From Leidyana gryllorum EB-2025a (taxonomy: Eukaryota; Protista; Apicomplexa), in assembly GCA_048772705.1 (NCBI GenBank), contig JBLWGC010000230.1:310001-374000 (forward strand): 64,000 bases of DNA, read 5' to 3'. This document shows, piece by piece, positions 22,775-35,615 of the stretch. Under the pieces are notes generated by a model. The model was given only the letters and a program-made list of their open reading frames with translations. It was not told the DNA's origin and searched no databases. Both the position numbers and the translations under genes were made by a program. Each line of letters starts with the position of its first letter. The stretch's first letter is position 1.

Positions 22775-25315
22775 ATGGATTCAGAGGCGGCTCCTCGCAG
22801 GTTTGACGAGCTGCAGATAGGAGATCGGTCACTGTATCCACCGACTTTGTCTTATCTGAGAAATCAAGGATTCGAGAGGTGTTCCCCCGCCCAGGACGTC
22901 TGCATCCCATCGTTTCTAGAAAACCGAGATGTTGCCGTTGAAGCGTGCACTGGAAGCGGCAAGACGCTGGCTTTCTTGATTCCCATTGTGGAGCGGCTGT
23001 ATGCGAAGCTCTGCGCTGTAAAGGACGACAATGACGTGCTGGAAATCCCTCCTGGAGAGTTTAGAGGGCTTTGCATCGGGGGTCTGGTCATCGCCCCCAC
23101 ACGCGAGCTCGTCAACCAAATTTGTGCAGTGGCGTCCGGGCTGGTCGATCATTACCGAACGGAAGTGAAAGTGGCTGCGTTTATGTTCGTGTTAGAGCTG
23201 TTTGGAGGACGTCCAATGAAAACGGATAAACACATTGTCCAGGCGAGACGAGCCGTTCTGCCTGCCCCTATCAACGAATCAGCAATGCACCCGCTCGGCC
23301 TGCTGTGCGCAACACCAGGTCGCCTCAAAGCCCACTTGGAGACTGTGGCTGGAAGTAGTAATAATCTCATCTTGGAGAAGGACTGGACATTCAAAACGCT
23401 CGAGGTTCTGGTCCTGGACGAGGCAGATCGACTCTTTGCCGACTCTAACTTTTCGAATCAGATGGACGTTTGTCTATCGAAAATCCCTCGTCAACGAAGA
23501 ACAGGAGTTTTCTCAGCTACTCTGACCTCGGATCTCCGCAATTTACAAAAAGCGGGACTGAGACAACCCCTATACATCCGTCTGGAGGTGCAGCCGTTGT
23601 TGACAGCCAACAATAAGAACGCTGCTGCCGCTGCGGACGAGGAGGGAGTGGAAAAGGAGACTGATGAGACTGAGACTGCTGCCAATGACAACAATACCAT
23701 CACGCACTCTGTCCCCGCTCAATTGGTCAACCAGTACGTGTTGGCCGAATACCCAGAGAGAATACCTCTATTGCTTCGGCTACTTCGAAGTGGAAAATAT
23801 CATAAAGTGATGGTGTTCTGTGCGACGTGCGCTGCCGTCAACTGGCTCGATATGATCTTTAATCGCATTCTCCTCCCGTCTCTGGCGGCGAAAGAGTCTG
23901 ACACCAACCTCAAACTCTGTTCCAGTTTGTTGGGATCAGGCGGCGCCTGCTCCTCTTCGAAGAAGAAGAAGAGGCTTCCACCGCAGTGGATGATAAACCG
24001 GCTGCACGGCCACATGGACAAATCCAAGAGGGCCAAATCGGTCCGATCGTTCAGTCAACCATTGGAAGATCCGAATGGAGTATCTGTGATGCTCTCGTCT
24101 GACCTGGGGTCTCGCGGACTCGATTTCCCAGATGTCGATCTGATAGTGCAACTCGACCCCCCGGCAAATCCGGCCACCTTTCTGCACAGAATTGGCCGCA
24201 CAGCTCGAGCCAATAAAAGTGGGGCGTCTCTTTTGATGCTTCATCCGCATGAAGACGGATTCTTACATCAAATGGCCCAAAAGGGTGTAAAAATTGACAA
24301 GTTTGGGGATTCTCTCCGTTCAGCCGCCCAAGGCGCCCGATCAATTGCTCTGAAGGAATGTGTTGAAGTATGTGAACCCGGCCCCATCTCAGCTGGTGAC
24401 TTCAAGGCCAAACAATGGGTACTGCCGGAAGTCGAGGGGGCACCAGGCTGCCTCGATCTCCCCAACTGGATAGAAGAATGCATCACAATTGAGAAAGTGA
24501 TCAAATTAGCCAATTGCCGAGATCGGGAAGTGTTAGAGGCTGCCAAAGGGTCTTTTGTCGGACTCGTCCAGTTCTATAAAGAACACTCGTCATCATTCAT
24601 CTTTACCTTATCCAGAGTCGCTTGGGGGCTGGTGGCCAATGCCCTGGGGTTATTGCGCCTCCCCAGGGTCAAAGAGATCCTGGGACGAAAAATTGAGTGC
24701 TTCGATAACGAAACTGGCTTCGATCCGAGCACCATCCAATACAAGGATCCCGAGCAGCAGGCCAAATATGAAGCCAAAAAAGTCGCTGCGCGGGAGGAAC
24801 GAGAGGAGAGGGCAAAGGAAGTAGAACGGAAGCGGGAACAGTATGCCAAATTGACCAAGACACCTGCACTGAAACGGAAGCGGAAGCGTCAAGCTGCGGA
24901 AGACGAATGGTTTGACCTTCAGAATGAAGGTAGGGCTGATCGCTACTTCAGCTGTGTGTTTGTGTTTGTGTTTGCGTATGTCACTCGAATGGGCCCTAAG
25001 TGCCCAGATCGTTTACTTATTGGATTTGGCGTGTTGATCCCCATCTTGCCTCCCACATGTTTTGGTTGTGTTTGTGTGTCGGATTTCCGGGTGCGTTTGG
25101 GTTGTTCAGAGCAGCGTAATTGGTTGTTTTCAGAGCGATTGGCCAAGAAGGTACGCACGGGAAAGATCCGCAGCTCAAAGGAGTTCAAGGCTCGGCTGGT
25201 AGAAGGGCCGGCAGGAGAAGATTTGACTTCTGGGTCTGAGTGTGATGGTGAAATGAGTGAAAGTATGGGTTGGGTTGTGAAAGGGTCGCGGCGCGCTAAA
25301 GCCCGGCGGCGCTGA
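22775..25315 (+). CDS. DDX55: DEAD-box RNA helicase DDX55/Spb4
   Basis: Q motif GFERCSPAQ, ACTGSGKT, PTREL, DEAD, FSAT, SRGLDFP, HRIGRTAR, GLLRLPRVKE. Removing intron 24930-25133 restores the C-terminal EERLAKKVRTGKI. Confidence 0.9.
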   Translation: MDSEAAPRRFDELQIGDRSLYPPTLSYLRNQGFERCSPAQDVCIPSFLENRDVAVEACTGSGKTLAFLIPIVERLYAKLCAVKDDNDVLEIPPGEFRGLCIGGLVIAPTRELVNQICAVASGLVDHYRTEVKVAAFMFVLELFGGRPMKTDKHIVQARRAVLPAPINESAMHPLGLLCATPGRLKAHLETVAGSSNNLILEKDWTFKTLEVLVLDEADRLFADSNFSNQMDVCLSKIPRQRRTGVFSATLTSDLRNLQKAGLRQPLYIRLEVQPLLTANNKNAAAAADEEGVEKETDETETAANDNNTITHSVPAQLVNQYVLAEYPERIPLLLRLLRSGKYHKVMVFCATCAAVNWLDMIFNRILLPSLAAKESDTNLKLCSSLLGSGGACSSSKKKKRLPPQWMINRLHGHMDKSKRAKSVRSFSQPLEDPNGVSVMLSSDLGSRGLDFPDVDLIVQLDPPANPATFLHRIGRTARANKSGASLLMLHPHEDGFLHQMAQKGVKIDKFGDSLRSAAQGARSIALKECVEVCEPGPISAGDFKAKQWVLPEVEGAPGCLDLPNWIEECITIEKVIKLANCRDREVLEAAKGSFVGLVQFYKEHSSSFIFTLSRVAWGLVANALGLLRLPRVKEILGRKIECFDNETGFDPSTIQYKDPEQQAKYEAKKVAAREEREERAKEVERKREQYAKLTKTPALKRKRKRQAAEDEWFDLQNEGRADRYFSCVFVFVFAYVTRMGPKCPDRLLIGFGVLIPILPPTCFGCVCVSDFRVRLGCSEQRNWLFSERLAKKVRTGKIRSSKEFKARLVEGPAGEDLTSGSECDGEMSESMGWVVKGSRRAKARRR

Positions 25316-25430
25316 GAGCACACACGTGCGGGAAACGACAAACAGATGGTTCTAAGCACTTTGTACTGAAAAAAGAATGGTAGATCGGAGTGAGCGAAAA
25401 TAGACATGCGTTAGTTCGGGGTGGGGGCTT

Positions 25431-28400
25431 ATGTTTCGGAGGCTGAGTTCGCCATCACTTTATACCGAAGAGGAGGTTTTGGACGATGATAGCGCTGCAA
25501 GCTCGCCGAGATGGTTTTGGCCCGAGACCGTCCGGAACCCGCCTCCTCCGCCCGCCATAGTCAACGCCGCGGTGCACAGTGCGGCTCGTCAGGTACCTCC
25601 TTCCGTTACGGGGCGCCGAATACACTCACGGCGTGGATCGTCCACGGATTTGCCGTGGCGCCAGGACCATGCGGACGAGGACTCGTCAGAAGCGGAGTCG
25701 ACAAGCAAACCCGCCAACGAAAATATCAAAACAACTATGCAGCACAGGCGTCTGCACGAGGCGGCAAACGACTCCTCACCTATCGGAGCGTGGCCACCTC
25801 AACCGCCGCCGCCAGAAGCGGAATTTGAGTCCGAGTCAGACGCTCGTCCACAATTCATGTGTGCTTCTTCATCCAATGACTCGGGAGCGGACTCCTCGGA
25901 AGCTGAATTACCACTTCATTCTATTACTCGCCAGCCACCGTCTCTGGCTGCTGTCGATGCTGTACGCCCTCGTTCCCCAGTCCCACGTGCCGCTAAAACT
26001 GTCAACGATCGTGACCTTCTGCCGCCCCCCCCACAAACTCCCACTAATAATGGCAACGAAAGACCCGTTGTTCGGACTGTCACTCGTATCGCCCGCGGAG
26101 ACGTAAGAAGGTTCTCTTCCAATTTACGAGTATCGCCACTGGCGTCACCGACGCGACCTCGACGCTTCGCTCCGGACGGGTCGGTCCGTGGGGATTCGGC
26201 GAGTGCCATTATCCTCCGGCCGCCTGCGCCTGGTAGTGGAGACGGAGACGCCGCCGGCGACGATAGCCGAAGGAGACGGACAGGAGACCCTGCGACGGCG
26301 GTCAGACTCAACGCTGCTGGGTTAAATCCGCTCGACAGACTGATCAATAAACAACAAGTTCCACCCCCAACAACGCGAGACAATCGCTTATATGCGGAAT
26401 ACAATGACGACAATGTCACTGACTCTCCTTACGCCGCGTCAATCCGTCACACGCCGGGAGACGCCACCACGAGACGCGTTTCTGGTAGCGGCGTCCCGGA
26501 CCCCGTCACGCCCCGCCGCTCCGCCCTAGAAGCTGCGACCCGACGCCAAGCTGGGTTCGCCCGGGCACTTCGAGCCGACCACGACCTGGAAGAGAGACGA
26601 CGCCGAGACCGAGAAGAAGCGGAGGAAAGACGACGCCAAACGGCCGAAGAGGACCTGCGTCGCCGTCACATGGTGGTGGAAGAGAAGAGACGGCTAATTG
26701 AATCCGAAGTAATAATTGAGGAAAACAACCGACGACGGCGTTTGCAAGAAAGCGCCGCTATTGAGCAGCAGCTCCTGGAAGAGCGCGCCAGTCGAAGGCG
26801 TCAAGAGATCGAGCAGTACGAAGAGTCCACAACGAGTCGCCGCAGGCGTCAGCAAGCGGAAGCTGTCGAGGAGGCTGCTCGGAGACGGCAGCAAGCGGAG
26901 GCTGCGGAAGACACAGCCCGGAGACGCCAAATGGAAGTTGTTGAAGAGGCCAATCGGCGTCGACAAGCCGAGGCAGCCGAGGAAGCAGCGCGGAGACGCC
27001 AAACAGAGCTCCTTGAAGAAGCCTCACGTAGACGGCAAGCTGCAGCTGTGGAAGAAGCCACCCGGAGACGTCAGTTTGCCGAAGCTGAAGAACTGAGTGC
27101 ACGAAGACGGCAGCATGAAAGTGTCGCGCGCATGGCGTCTCTGATCAAGGACGAGGAGGAAACGGTCCGCAGTCGCGATCAGGAGCGTCGAGACCGACGC
27201 CGAATGGAGTCTCTGGCCAAAGACGCTGCGCTGCCCGGTTTATTATCGGGCAAACGTAGTTCTGAACGCAAACCTCTGTCTGCAAAACACTCCAGCACCC
27301 ACCGCACGCGGGTGGCCGCTGCAGTGGTCGAGACTACGCCTGCCACTCGGCGTCTGGCAACAGCCGAGAGCCCAAAACGTCGAGCAACGGAACAGAAAGC
27401 TTCCGCCGCGGCCCCGCCGCCCGCTTCCGACAAGGAGACACCAGTCCAAAGGACGGAAAGACATATGCCAGCTCCGCTCTCGAGCGGGATGACAACATTG
27501 AAACAAGTCATGTCACAGGTCTCTTCAACGGTCCTGAGTTCAAACGGTTTTGCACCTGGCTTTGATCCTTCGCTTGTCCAGGGTCCCATCCTCCGCGACC
27601 TCCGATCCCGTCAAATCCCCATCACCACCGTCCTCCGCCACGCTGACATTCACTTTGCTCTCTCGCCCTCGTCGGGGCAGACTAACAACACCGTCTCTTT
27701 CCCCGGCGCCTCCCCTGCCGACCTCCAACGCCGTGGCTATAATCTATACAAAATCAATTCGGGCACTTTCTGCTCTGTAAGCCGCTGCCCCTATAACTGC
27801 TCCCAGAACCCACACCAAACACGGTGTCTCCGATGCCTCTTGCACGCCTAACGGAAACTCCCCCCCCGATACCTCCTCCGCTCCGCAGGTGTTCCGCGCG
27901 CACTGTCGCGGGAAGGATGTGGCTGTGAAATGTCCAGACGAGAACCTGCTCAAATCCGACGGAGACATGATGCGATACAGGGCTTTACAGGAATGGCGGA
28001 TTCTCTCACGAACGAACCATCCGCGGATACTCAATTTCCATGGTGAGGAGAGAAATACACAAACACTCTGTCAATATCACCACTCAGGGGGTGTTATCCT
28101 CCGTGACCAGCTTTGGTTGGTAACGGACTTTGTAAAAGGAGGCGACTTGTACACAGTGAGCGGAAGCAGAGGTCTCGACGTCGATCAACTTTATATCACA
28201 GTTACTATATCATCGCCCTCCGGAGTATCTTCGTCCACGAATACGTTTGAGTCTAATGGAACAGTTATGCGAAGCCGTCGCCTATCTCCATGGCCTCAAG
28301 CCCCGCATAGCACACAAAGATCTCAAATGTAACAACTTATTGGTGAGCGGCGGCTGACTGGAGACGCCGATTGGTATTAATATCTCTCACGCTGCAGGTC

Positions 28401-29915
28401 GGCGAAGATCTCCAATTGCGAGTCTGCGACTTTGGAGATGCCGAAGAGATGTCCGGCAGATACCTCCAATGCTGCACTGCTGGTGAGAGTCCTTTGACAT
28501 CTCTCTGCCACTCCTCCCTCCTCTGCAGCCACCTGGCAATATACACCACCTGAATTGATTGGGACGGAAGACCCTTCACGGCCCAAAGATGCTACCGAAA
28601 AGGTTGATATTTGGGCAGTTGGGTGCGTCTTCCTAGAAATTCTGCGTTGCGCGACTCCATTTGTGGTACGTCAATCTCTGGTGGCTACCGACTTTCACGT
28701 CGTCGCACACTGCAGCATATACTCGACAGCGTCTCAGAAGACAAACAACGCGATATCCTCCGACAATGCTATCTCGAAGGACGACTTGAAATGGAATGCC
28801 GAGTGCCGGTCCATCTTCCGCCCCGGCTGCGTGCCTTGATCAAGTCTTGCCTCCACTTCGATGCGTATTTGCGTCCGAGCGCCGCTGAGGTAAGCGTAGC
28901 GAGAAGAGAGTGGTGTGGAAAGAGAAGAATCTGTGTCTTGCAGCTCCTTGTGACCATTCGATCATCACGAGACGCTCTGGTTGCGGAGGTGGCCACCTGG
29001 CAATCTCAGTGGGAAGCCATGCAGCAATATAAGTCCGCTGGAGCTGTAGAAAAGGTTATCAATGGAAAGAGTTCAATGAACAACAGCGAGTATGCTGCTT
29101 CGAAGCTGCAGAACCAATTAAGTCAACCCAAGCTGCCTACCAATAATAGTGAGTACGCTCTTAAGCCGAAGCAGCACTCGGAATACCGTCGGCGACCGAG
29201 CATGCGAACAGTGACAAGCAGTTGGGAAGAGGGGGGGCGGGCCACTTCCCGAGCTCCCACTGCAATCCCCCGACCACCAAATCTCGATTTGTGGTCGAAT
29301 TCAAGACTTCGACCTCACTATGCGGAGAGTACTGAATCCACGGCGAGTCGCACGCGCCAGAGGCCGAGTTTTGAACGTCAATCCGATACCCGTACACTTG
29401 GCAGCGTGGCCACAGCCCTTCATCCCGTGGTGCCCCCTCGCATGACCGCCGAGGAAGACGCCTACAGTCGACGCCAAGCCCCACCTCCCTTTTCAGGGCT
29501 TGCGAAACATGGAGTCGATCGCCGAGCCCTTCTGGGTTTTGTGACCACCAGAGGACAACCACCCGTGCCCCGTCCAGAACGAGAAGGGGCCTACCAGGCG
29601 GTCACAGCGCGATCTGGCGCCTTCCAGACGCTGCTGCCGGGTGTTGTTTCGCATGATGGAAGTCGAGTGTGTCAATCAGTGTTTAGTGATAGGGCGAGCC
29701 GCGAGAGGTTGTATCATTCGCCTGCTCCGGGGGGAGGTGTTGGTTTTGCCTCTCCTCTCTCCCCCCGCGTCACAATGCCTGACTCCCGCCAACAACCTCC
29801 CCCTTTTGTCCTCTATACCACGACCAATCCCTCCCCCCCTCCTCTCCATCCCCAGAATCTAGAGGATGCCAGATGGCGGGCACCTTCTCGCCCTGCGGTC
29901 TTCCCTCCTATATGA
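25431..29915 (+). CDS. TKL-family protein kinase with a long disordered, E/R-rich helical N-terminus
   Basis: Introns 27777-27888, 28043-28087, 28156-28201, 28343-28397, 28483-28528, 28666-28715 and 28890-28943 give INSGTFCSVFRAHCRGKDVAVK, HKDLKCNNLL, CDFG, TWQYTPPE, KVDIWAVGC, RPSA. Confidence 0.88.
26580..27200 (+). repeat. Imperfect ~12-13 aa coding repeats (EEAARRRQ)
   Basis: About 10 degenerate E-E-x-x-R-R-R-Q units; single-alpha-helix or coiled-coil composition. Confidence 0.75.
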
Positions 29916-29992
29916 CGGTCTGTAATAGCAATGATGTAGGACGCTCCTTTTTACGTACTTCAATCATCGGTGCAAACCCCTGCCAGCCAGCT

Positions 29993-31591
29993 ATGCCCCT
30001 AGTCGCTCGTTTCCCGAGTATCGGTCATAAAGCCAGGTAAACCATCGTCATGGAGTCGGTACAGAGGTCAATATGACGATGACTCCTCTCCAACTTCAGA
30101 CATTATTCCGGCGGCGAAGAGCTCATTGCACGTCTGCAATGCGCTCCCCGTCCCACTCCGCACACCCGCTCTTTCACAGCACTTGTAGACTCACTTGCAC
30201 AAATACCCCCTACGATACACCATGTTGCTGGCGACTATTCCAATGAATCAACGGAGACTGAAGGTGTGAACAGGAAGGCCTTACGCCACGATCTGGCAAT
30301 TCTGCGCACCAGTGAGTGCATCGAAAGGCACCTGATGAGAGAGAGCCGGCCTCCGTCTCCCCCTCACACGCACACACACACACTCTCACACACACTTTCC
30401 TGTGTAGGCCTCGTACGGCGCAAATGTGAATTGATGCGAGAGTTGCGTCAGATCTTCCGACTGAAGCTGCTAATCTCGTTGGCAACACCATCTTCTTATG
30501 GAAGTAATCAGACAGCTGCCGAGGAGGGGCCCACCAAATTAGTTCGAGGTTCATCAGCTCCTGTGGGATCACAAGTGGGGCTCCATATTCAAGACCTGTT
30601 TGTACCTCCCCTGACTGGTCTAAGGTTTGAAGAGATTATTCAACGGGATATAGATGACCGAAAGACGCGGCATTTGCGAGTGATTAACCGCGAGACACTG
30701 TCCTGTCTGGAACGAGCAATGAACACCCAGGAGCTTTTGAATGCAATGACAATGTTTGCCGCATATACACGCATGATGGTACGGGTAATTGGCAGCACGC
30801 TGCCCTACGACATCAAGATTGACGGCGTCCGAGCACGAGTTATCTCACTCGCAGCACCTGCTCCGATCCTGAGTCCCTGGGGCCAGTCGACCTGGGCTCG
30901 GGACGTTTGGCCGCAGCTGCCAAGATCCTTCCGACGACTGGCCCAGCCTTTATTGAGTGCTCCTTTGTTGCGTAAAACGCGGTCTTCGGGGACACCAACT
31001 GGTGGCACGTCGAATGAGCTGTCCCCAAAGGGGAGGGTGGCGTCCGGGCAGAGGCGAGTTCTTGGAGAGCGGCCACTCCGAGATCTCTTGGCATCGTGGC
31101 AGAGTGCCAATCGAGTTACGACTCCTGTGGACGGTCTGGTGTCGGTGACCAGCTTCCTACGAAACCGTCCGGGACCCTCATTTTGGCAGCTTCATGCAAT
31201 TTGGAGTCGAGCTTTAGCTGTGCGCGAGGGCGCACTGGAGAACCGCCATGTTGTCATACCCGCGTATCTGAAGGGAGGTGATGAATCGGTTTTAGTTCAA
31301 GCGAAGGGAGCGAATCTGCAAGAGACAGAAATGACGCAACTGCTCGCTCTTGAAACTTCAGGTTGGGAACAGGGCTCACTGGACTTTGCCCGAGCGCTTG
31401 CGACGCGCGAGCGGACTCGTTTGAGCGTAGCTTCTATTCCAGGAGCCGTAGTATTCATGGCTGCCATTCACATACGTGAGATGGCTCGCCAGCTATGCCA
31501 AATCGAGTCAGTGGATCCGTATTGTGGTGGTGCCCCTCCCAACCCTTTCTGGTGTATACACACACTGTATTGCGAACTGCCGCACTTTTAG
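29993..31591 (+). CDS. Hypothetical protein (weak BRO1-like appearance)
   Basis: ATG 29993 and intron 30037-30099 join the open frame of ORF 30266-31591; probable in-frame CA-repeat intron 30312-30407. The BRO1 resemblance is impressionistic only. Confidence 0.55.
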
Positions 31592-31610
31592 CAACCTGAA
31601 TAGCTAGTCA

Positions 31611-34469
31611 ATGGCCGACAATATACAGTCGGCTGTCGCATCGCCCTCTGCCGTCCCTACCGTTGACCCAGATGACGCTGTCAGCATTAGTCACTTGCAT
31701 TTGTCCAGGAGTTTCGAGGAGTATCTGCAGCAAGTCGATGTCGCCACCGCCATGTCCTTTGTCCGTGATGGAGGCTATCTGCAAAAGTATCCGCGTCCCG
31801 CATTCTGCCGCCATCCCCACCCCCGTCTGTTCCAAGTTGATATGGACAATCTCGTTCTGCGGTGGCTGAGCCCCAAGAAGAAGGTCAAAAAGACCTTCAT
31901 CCCGTTGAGTAGTGTAATTGCCTTTATTCCAGGCAGCCGGAGCGCCTTCTTTAGCAAACGCCCAGAGGAACAGCCGCTGGCCTTCGAATTGGTGTGTCCC
32001 CGATTCCACCTCAGATTGGTGTGTCCGAACGCTGATGAGTACCGACTATGGATCCGGGGTTTGGTCTACGCCTTGGCACGCGCGGAAGCGAAACGGAAGC
32101 GGGGTGTACTATTCCAAACGCGAGATTTCTATCGACGAGTCTGGGATACGGCTGACATTGACGGTTCCGGAGCAGTTTCGTTCTTGGAGCTTCACGATGC
32201 CGTTCGAAGATTGGATCTGCAGAGTGATATACGATATTTAAGACATTTGTATAACACTGCCGATTCGGACGCGTCTGGAGTTCTCGATTATATTGAATTC
32301 AGATCGGTAATGCCACATTGTCAGGCTGCAAGCCCCGCCCCTCATCGTCTCCCATCCAGGTGATGGAAAGGTTACTAACATCGGCGCAATTAGCGGCTCA
32401 ATTCGTTTCCTATCGCGACCCGCAACGGGATTTGATGAAAATCGACGGACTGCATAACTTTATATTAGACGTTCAGGGCGAAAGCCAAGTGAACGAGGGT
32501 CGGGTTACCGCAGCGACCCGAGAGCTCCGGAACATTCTCTCAGAACCCGGTGGAATGACACTGGCTGGTTTCTGTAAACTGATGAGGAGCGAGTGGAACT
32601 CGCTGGTCGACCCCGATAAGAAGGCCAATGATCAGGACATGTCTCAGCCTCTGCACAATTATTGGATTTATAGTGTGTGCGACCCCTTCGATCTTCCCCA
32701 ACCCGATCTCCGGAAACGCAAGACTCTATTGGGCGCCCTCGAATTCGCACTTCTCAAAGGAATACGTTTCATAATGGCCAAAATCTTCGTTGACCCCCTC
32801 GACGCTCAGAATGTTGTGGTGGGCCGCTTGAATCGCAACACCGGGGAGGTCGGATATCGGGACTGCAAGTTCAGAGACTTTCTGCGCTGTATCAGAGACA
32901 ATGCCTTCAAGGTCACCGTCTATCCACTCATTGTACATTTAGAGTTCTTATGTTCGCCCAATGAAAAAGGTCTCGCGGGCCGTCTCATCAAAGAGGTGCT
33001 CACGGGCCTTTTATATATCAGTGAGCGTCTTGGCCCCGGCTGTTGGTTACATCCCATCACAGATCCTCAAGATGGCTCTGTCCCGGTACTGGAAGACGTC
33101 ATGAAGAGAGTTATAATCAGTACTGCAGTCCTCCAAACATCTGATCCAGATCGATCAGAGCTCAGTGGCTGCGACACTGACAGTCGGGTGAGGAGGCTGG
33201 TGTGTGTTTCACCCCCCAACATTTGTCCAGTTGACCCGACTCATGGCGGAAATGCTCCTTCGTGAAGTGGACGAGGGCGGCTTACATATGCTTCACATCC
33301 CTCCTCAGCGCCATCCCAATGAGAATCTGCCCAGTAACGCTCCGATTCATAACAGCTTACCGCACCGCCAATTCTCTCTCTTTAGGGTTGAACAAGATTC
33401 AGCGAGAGAACATTGGCTGGTTGACTCACGTCACTGGTCTCTCAGCCCAAACTCTGCGTCCAACAGATACAGACAGACATCGTGAGCTCTGCCTATCACT
33501 CCTCCCTCTTCTACTCAACCCCCCCCCCGCTCCCCTCCAGCTTTCTCTATTTACGGAGTCAACAATTCGCTGGTCCTCGAGGAGAATCCCAGTCGCATCG
33601 CGTCGGTGAATCGGTCGTCTTTGGGCTTCTGCTATCCCGGAGGTTACCCTCAAGTGCAAACGAATCGTGGCTATGCCTTTGCGCTGGCCCGAGGGTTCCA
33701 GTGTGTGGCTCTGAACCGAGCCTGCGGCGGCATGGCTGCCATTATGCAAGAATCTCTCTTCGATTTGAACGGGCGATGTGGGTATGTGCGACGTCCAGAT
33801 CTGCTCAATGACACGGGCGCTCTGCTGTCGCCACGGAGCGGTCGTTCGGAAGTCGAAGACATCGATGTGGCCGCAGAGCTGACTATATCTGTATTGGAAG
33901 GGTCGCAGCTACCGCGAGGTCATGTGGGGCTGGATGGACCCAAAGATCAGCTGTGCCCTTTCGTCACGGTATCAATTCGGGGACTGCCTGCTGACTGTAA
34001 GAGTCAAAGTACGCGGGTGGTGATCAACAACGGCTTCAACCCGATTTGGGGGGAGCAAAGCTTCACTTTCCGGGTGAAGACTCCGTCGGTAGCCTTTCTG
34101 GTGTTTGAGGTCCGGAACTACGAAGACCCCGGCGCCTCTACACTGCTTGGTGGCGCTGCATGTCCACTGTCCTGCATCCGTCAAGGCCTGCGATGGGTGA
34201 CGTTGCGGGATCGCTACGCTCGACTGATTCCCTGGGCTGGGCTTCTGGTGCGAACCTCTCTCAAGTCCTCTCGACGAGACACCCCTTCCCCAGCTCTCAA
34301 GTCACAGTACTCGCGACTGCCCGGGCCGAAAGCGCCTCCAGCACGGAGACCTCCTCCAGGCGGCCCGTTGAGCCCACGAGCCGCAAACAGGCGCCGAGGG
34401 TCGCCAGGGGGACGTCGGGCGGGGGAGCTGGCAAGCGGAGGACCCACCACACCAACGCCGACTATATAG
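31611..34469 (+). CDS. PI-PLC delta-like protein (PH, EF-hand, X, Y, C2), predicted catalytically inactive
   Basis: Introns 32307-32359, 33188-33230, 33334-33385 and 33482-33540 (linker exon structure less certain). EF loops DIDGSGAVSFLE and DSDASGVLDYIE; DMSQPLHNYWI; YPLIVHLE; FQCVALN...FDLNGRCGYV; C2 NNGFNPIW. Confidence 0.88.
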
Positions 34470-34606
34470 ATAGGATTGGGAAGGGGGGATCGATGGTTGT
34501 GTGTGTGTAGTTAGATAGTTAGTTACTCATTAAGATAAGATGAGTAAAAAGCAACTGCCGATATACTTTATTGAAAAGACAGGAGGGGAGGAGGTGGTGA
34601 GCATTT

Positions 34607-35563
34607 CTAGCTGGAGACAGCACTATCAAAGCTCTTTGCCCCATCGTGATGAATATAAGTAGTCTGGCCCTGTGTGTAGGAATCCTGTTTGCCGAATCCA
34701 CGGCTTTGACTGCGAACGAAACTGTTGTTGATCTTCATATCCCAAATCTCTCGGGCTTCATCCATATTTTGGATTCGAGTTTCGTTATTGTACAGCTCTC
34801 CTTTGGGCAGCCAGATACCTTCGCTGCCCATCTTGCCTCCGCCGAACGAGGAGGCCATACGATTGATCCAGTTGCCCAATGTCGCGCCTCGGGCGTCGGT
34901 TGCGGGTTCTGGGGGATTATTACATTTGACAAAGTGGATTGCGCGACTCACTCTTAGCCCAGTAGCGTTTGGCCACCTGTTCCTGCAGATCACTGGGAGG
35001 CACGTGGAAGTTGCGGACAAAGAGACTCTTCTCTGTAGTCTTGATGTCGCGTTCCTCCTGCTCGTCGTAGAATTGGCGACAGGCCATGGGTACTGGCATG
35101 AATCCATTGCCAGCGAACAGCATCTGCATTTGGACGGGATTCTCGGGATATTGGGGATAATCATTCTCTGAGAGAAGAAGCAGGCGTGACAACACAGAGA
35201 GAGCGTGGGAATAGATCACATACTGAAATGTTGGGGGGCCACCACAAAGCCAGCGTCATAGCTCATCTGTTGATACCAACCATCAGCGTAATGGTGGGCT
35301 TTGGCTTTGAGGTTGGTTTGTCCGAGGGAAGTGAGTGGGCGAAGTTTCGCAGGATCATTGAAGGTGCCCTTTATGTAGGCAGAGTCAGAGGTTTTGTATG
35401 GGCCACGATCTCGGAAGGTTGATGTTCGTTCAAAAGGGATGCCGGCACGACGGGAATTCCATTGCTCTAAATCGGAATTTGATGCTCTGGGATGATAAAT
35501 AACCTGCTTCGGGTTATGGGGGTCAACAATCAGTCGACTTGACTGCGAGCTAATACGCTTCAT
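34607..35563 (-). CDS. Hypothetical protein, 3 exons
   Basis: Three ORF fragments join in phase via introns 35168-35223 and 34909-34951. Confidence 0.7.
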
Positions 35564-35615
35564 GATACTGCACGTGCTTCACACACACTGCTCTCGCAGA
35601 TGGCCAACACACCCA

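Noticed and set aside
4629-34469. Adjacent frame-shifted ORFs suggesting programmed frameshifts or stop-codon recoding
   Set aside because: Each break examined is resolved in phase by a canonical GT-AG intron; the standard code is sufficient.
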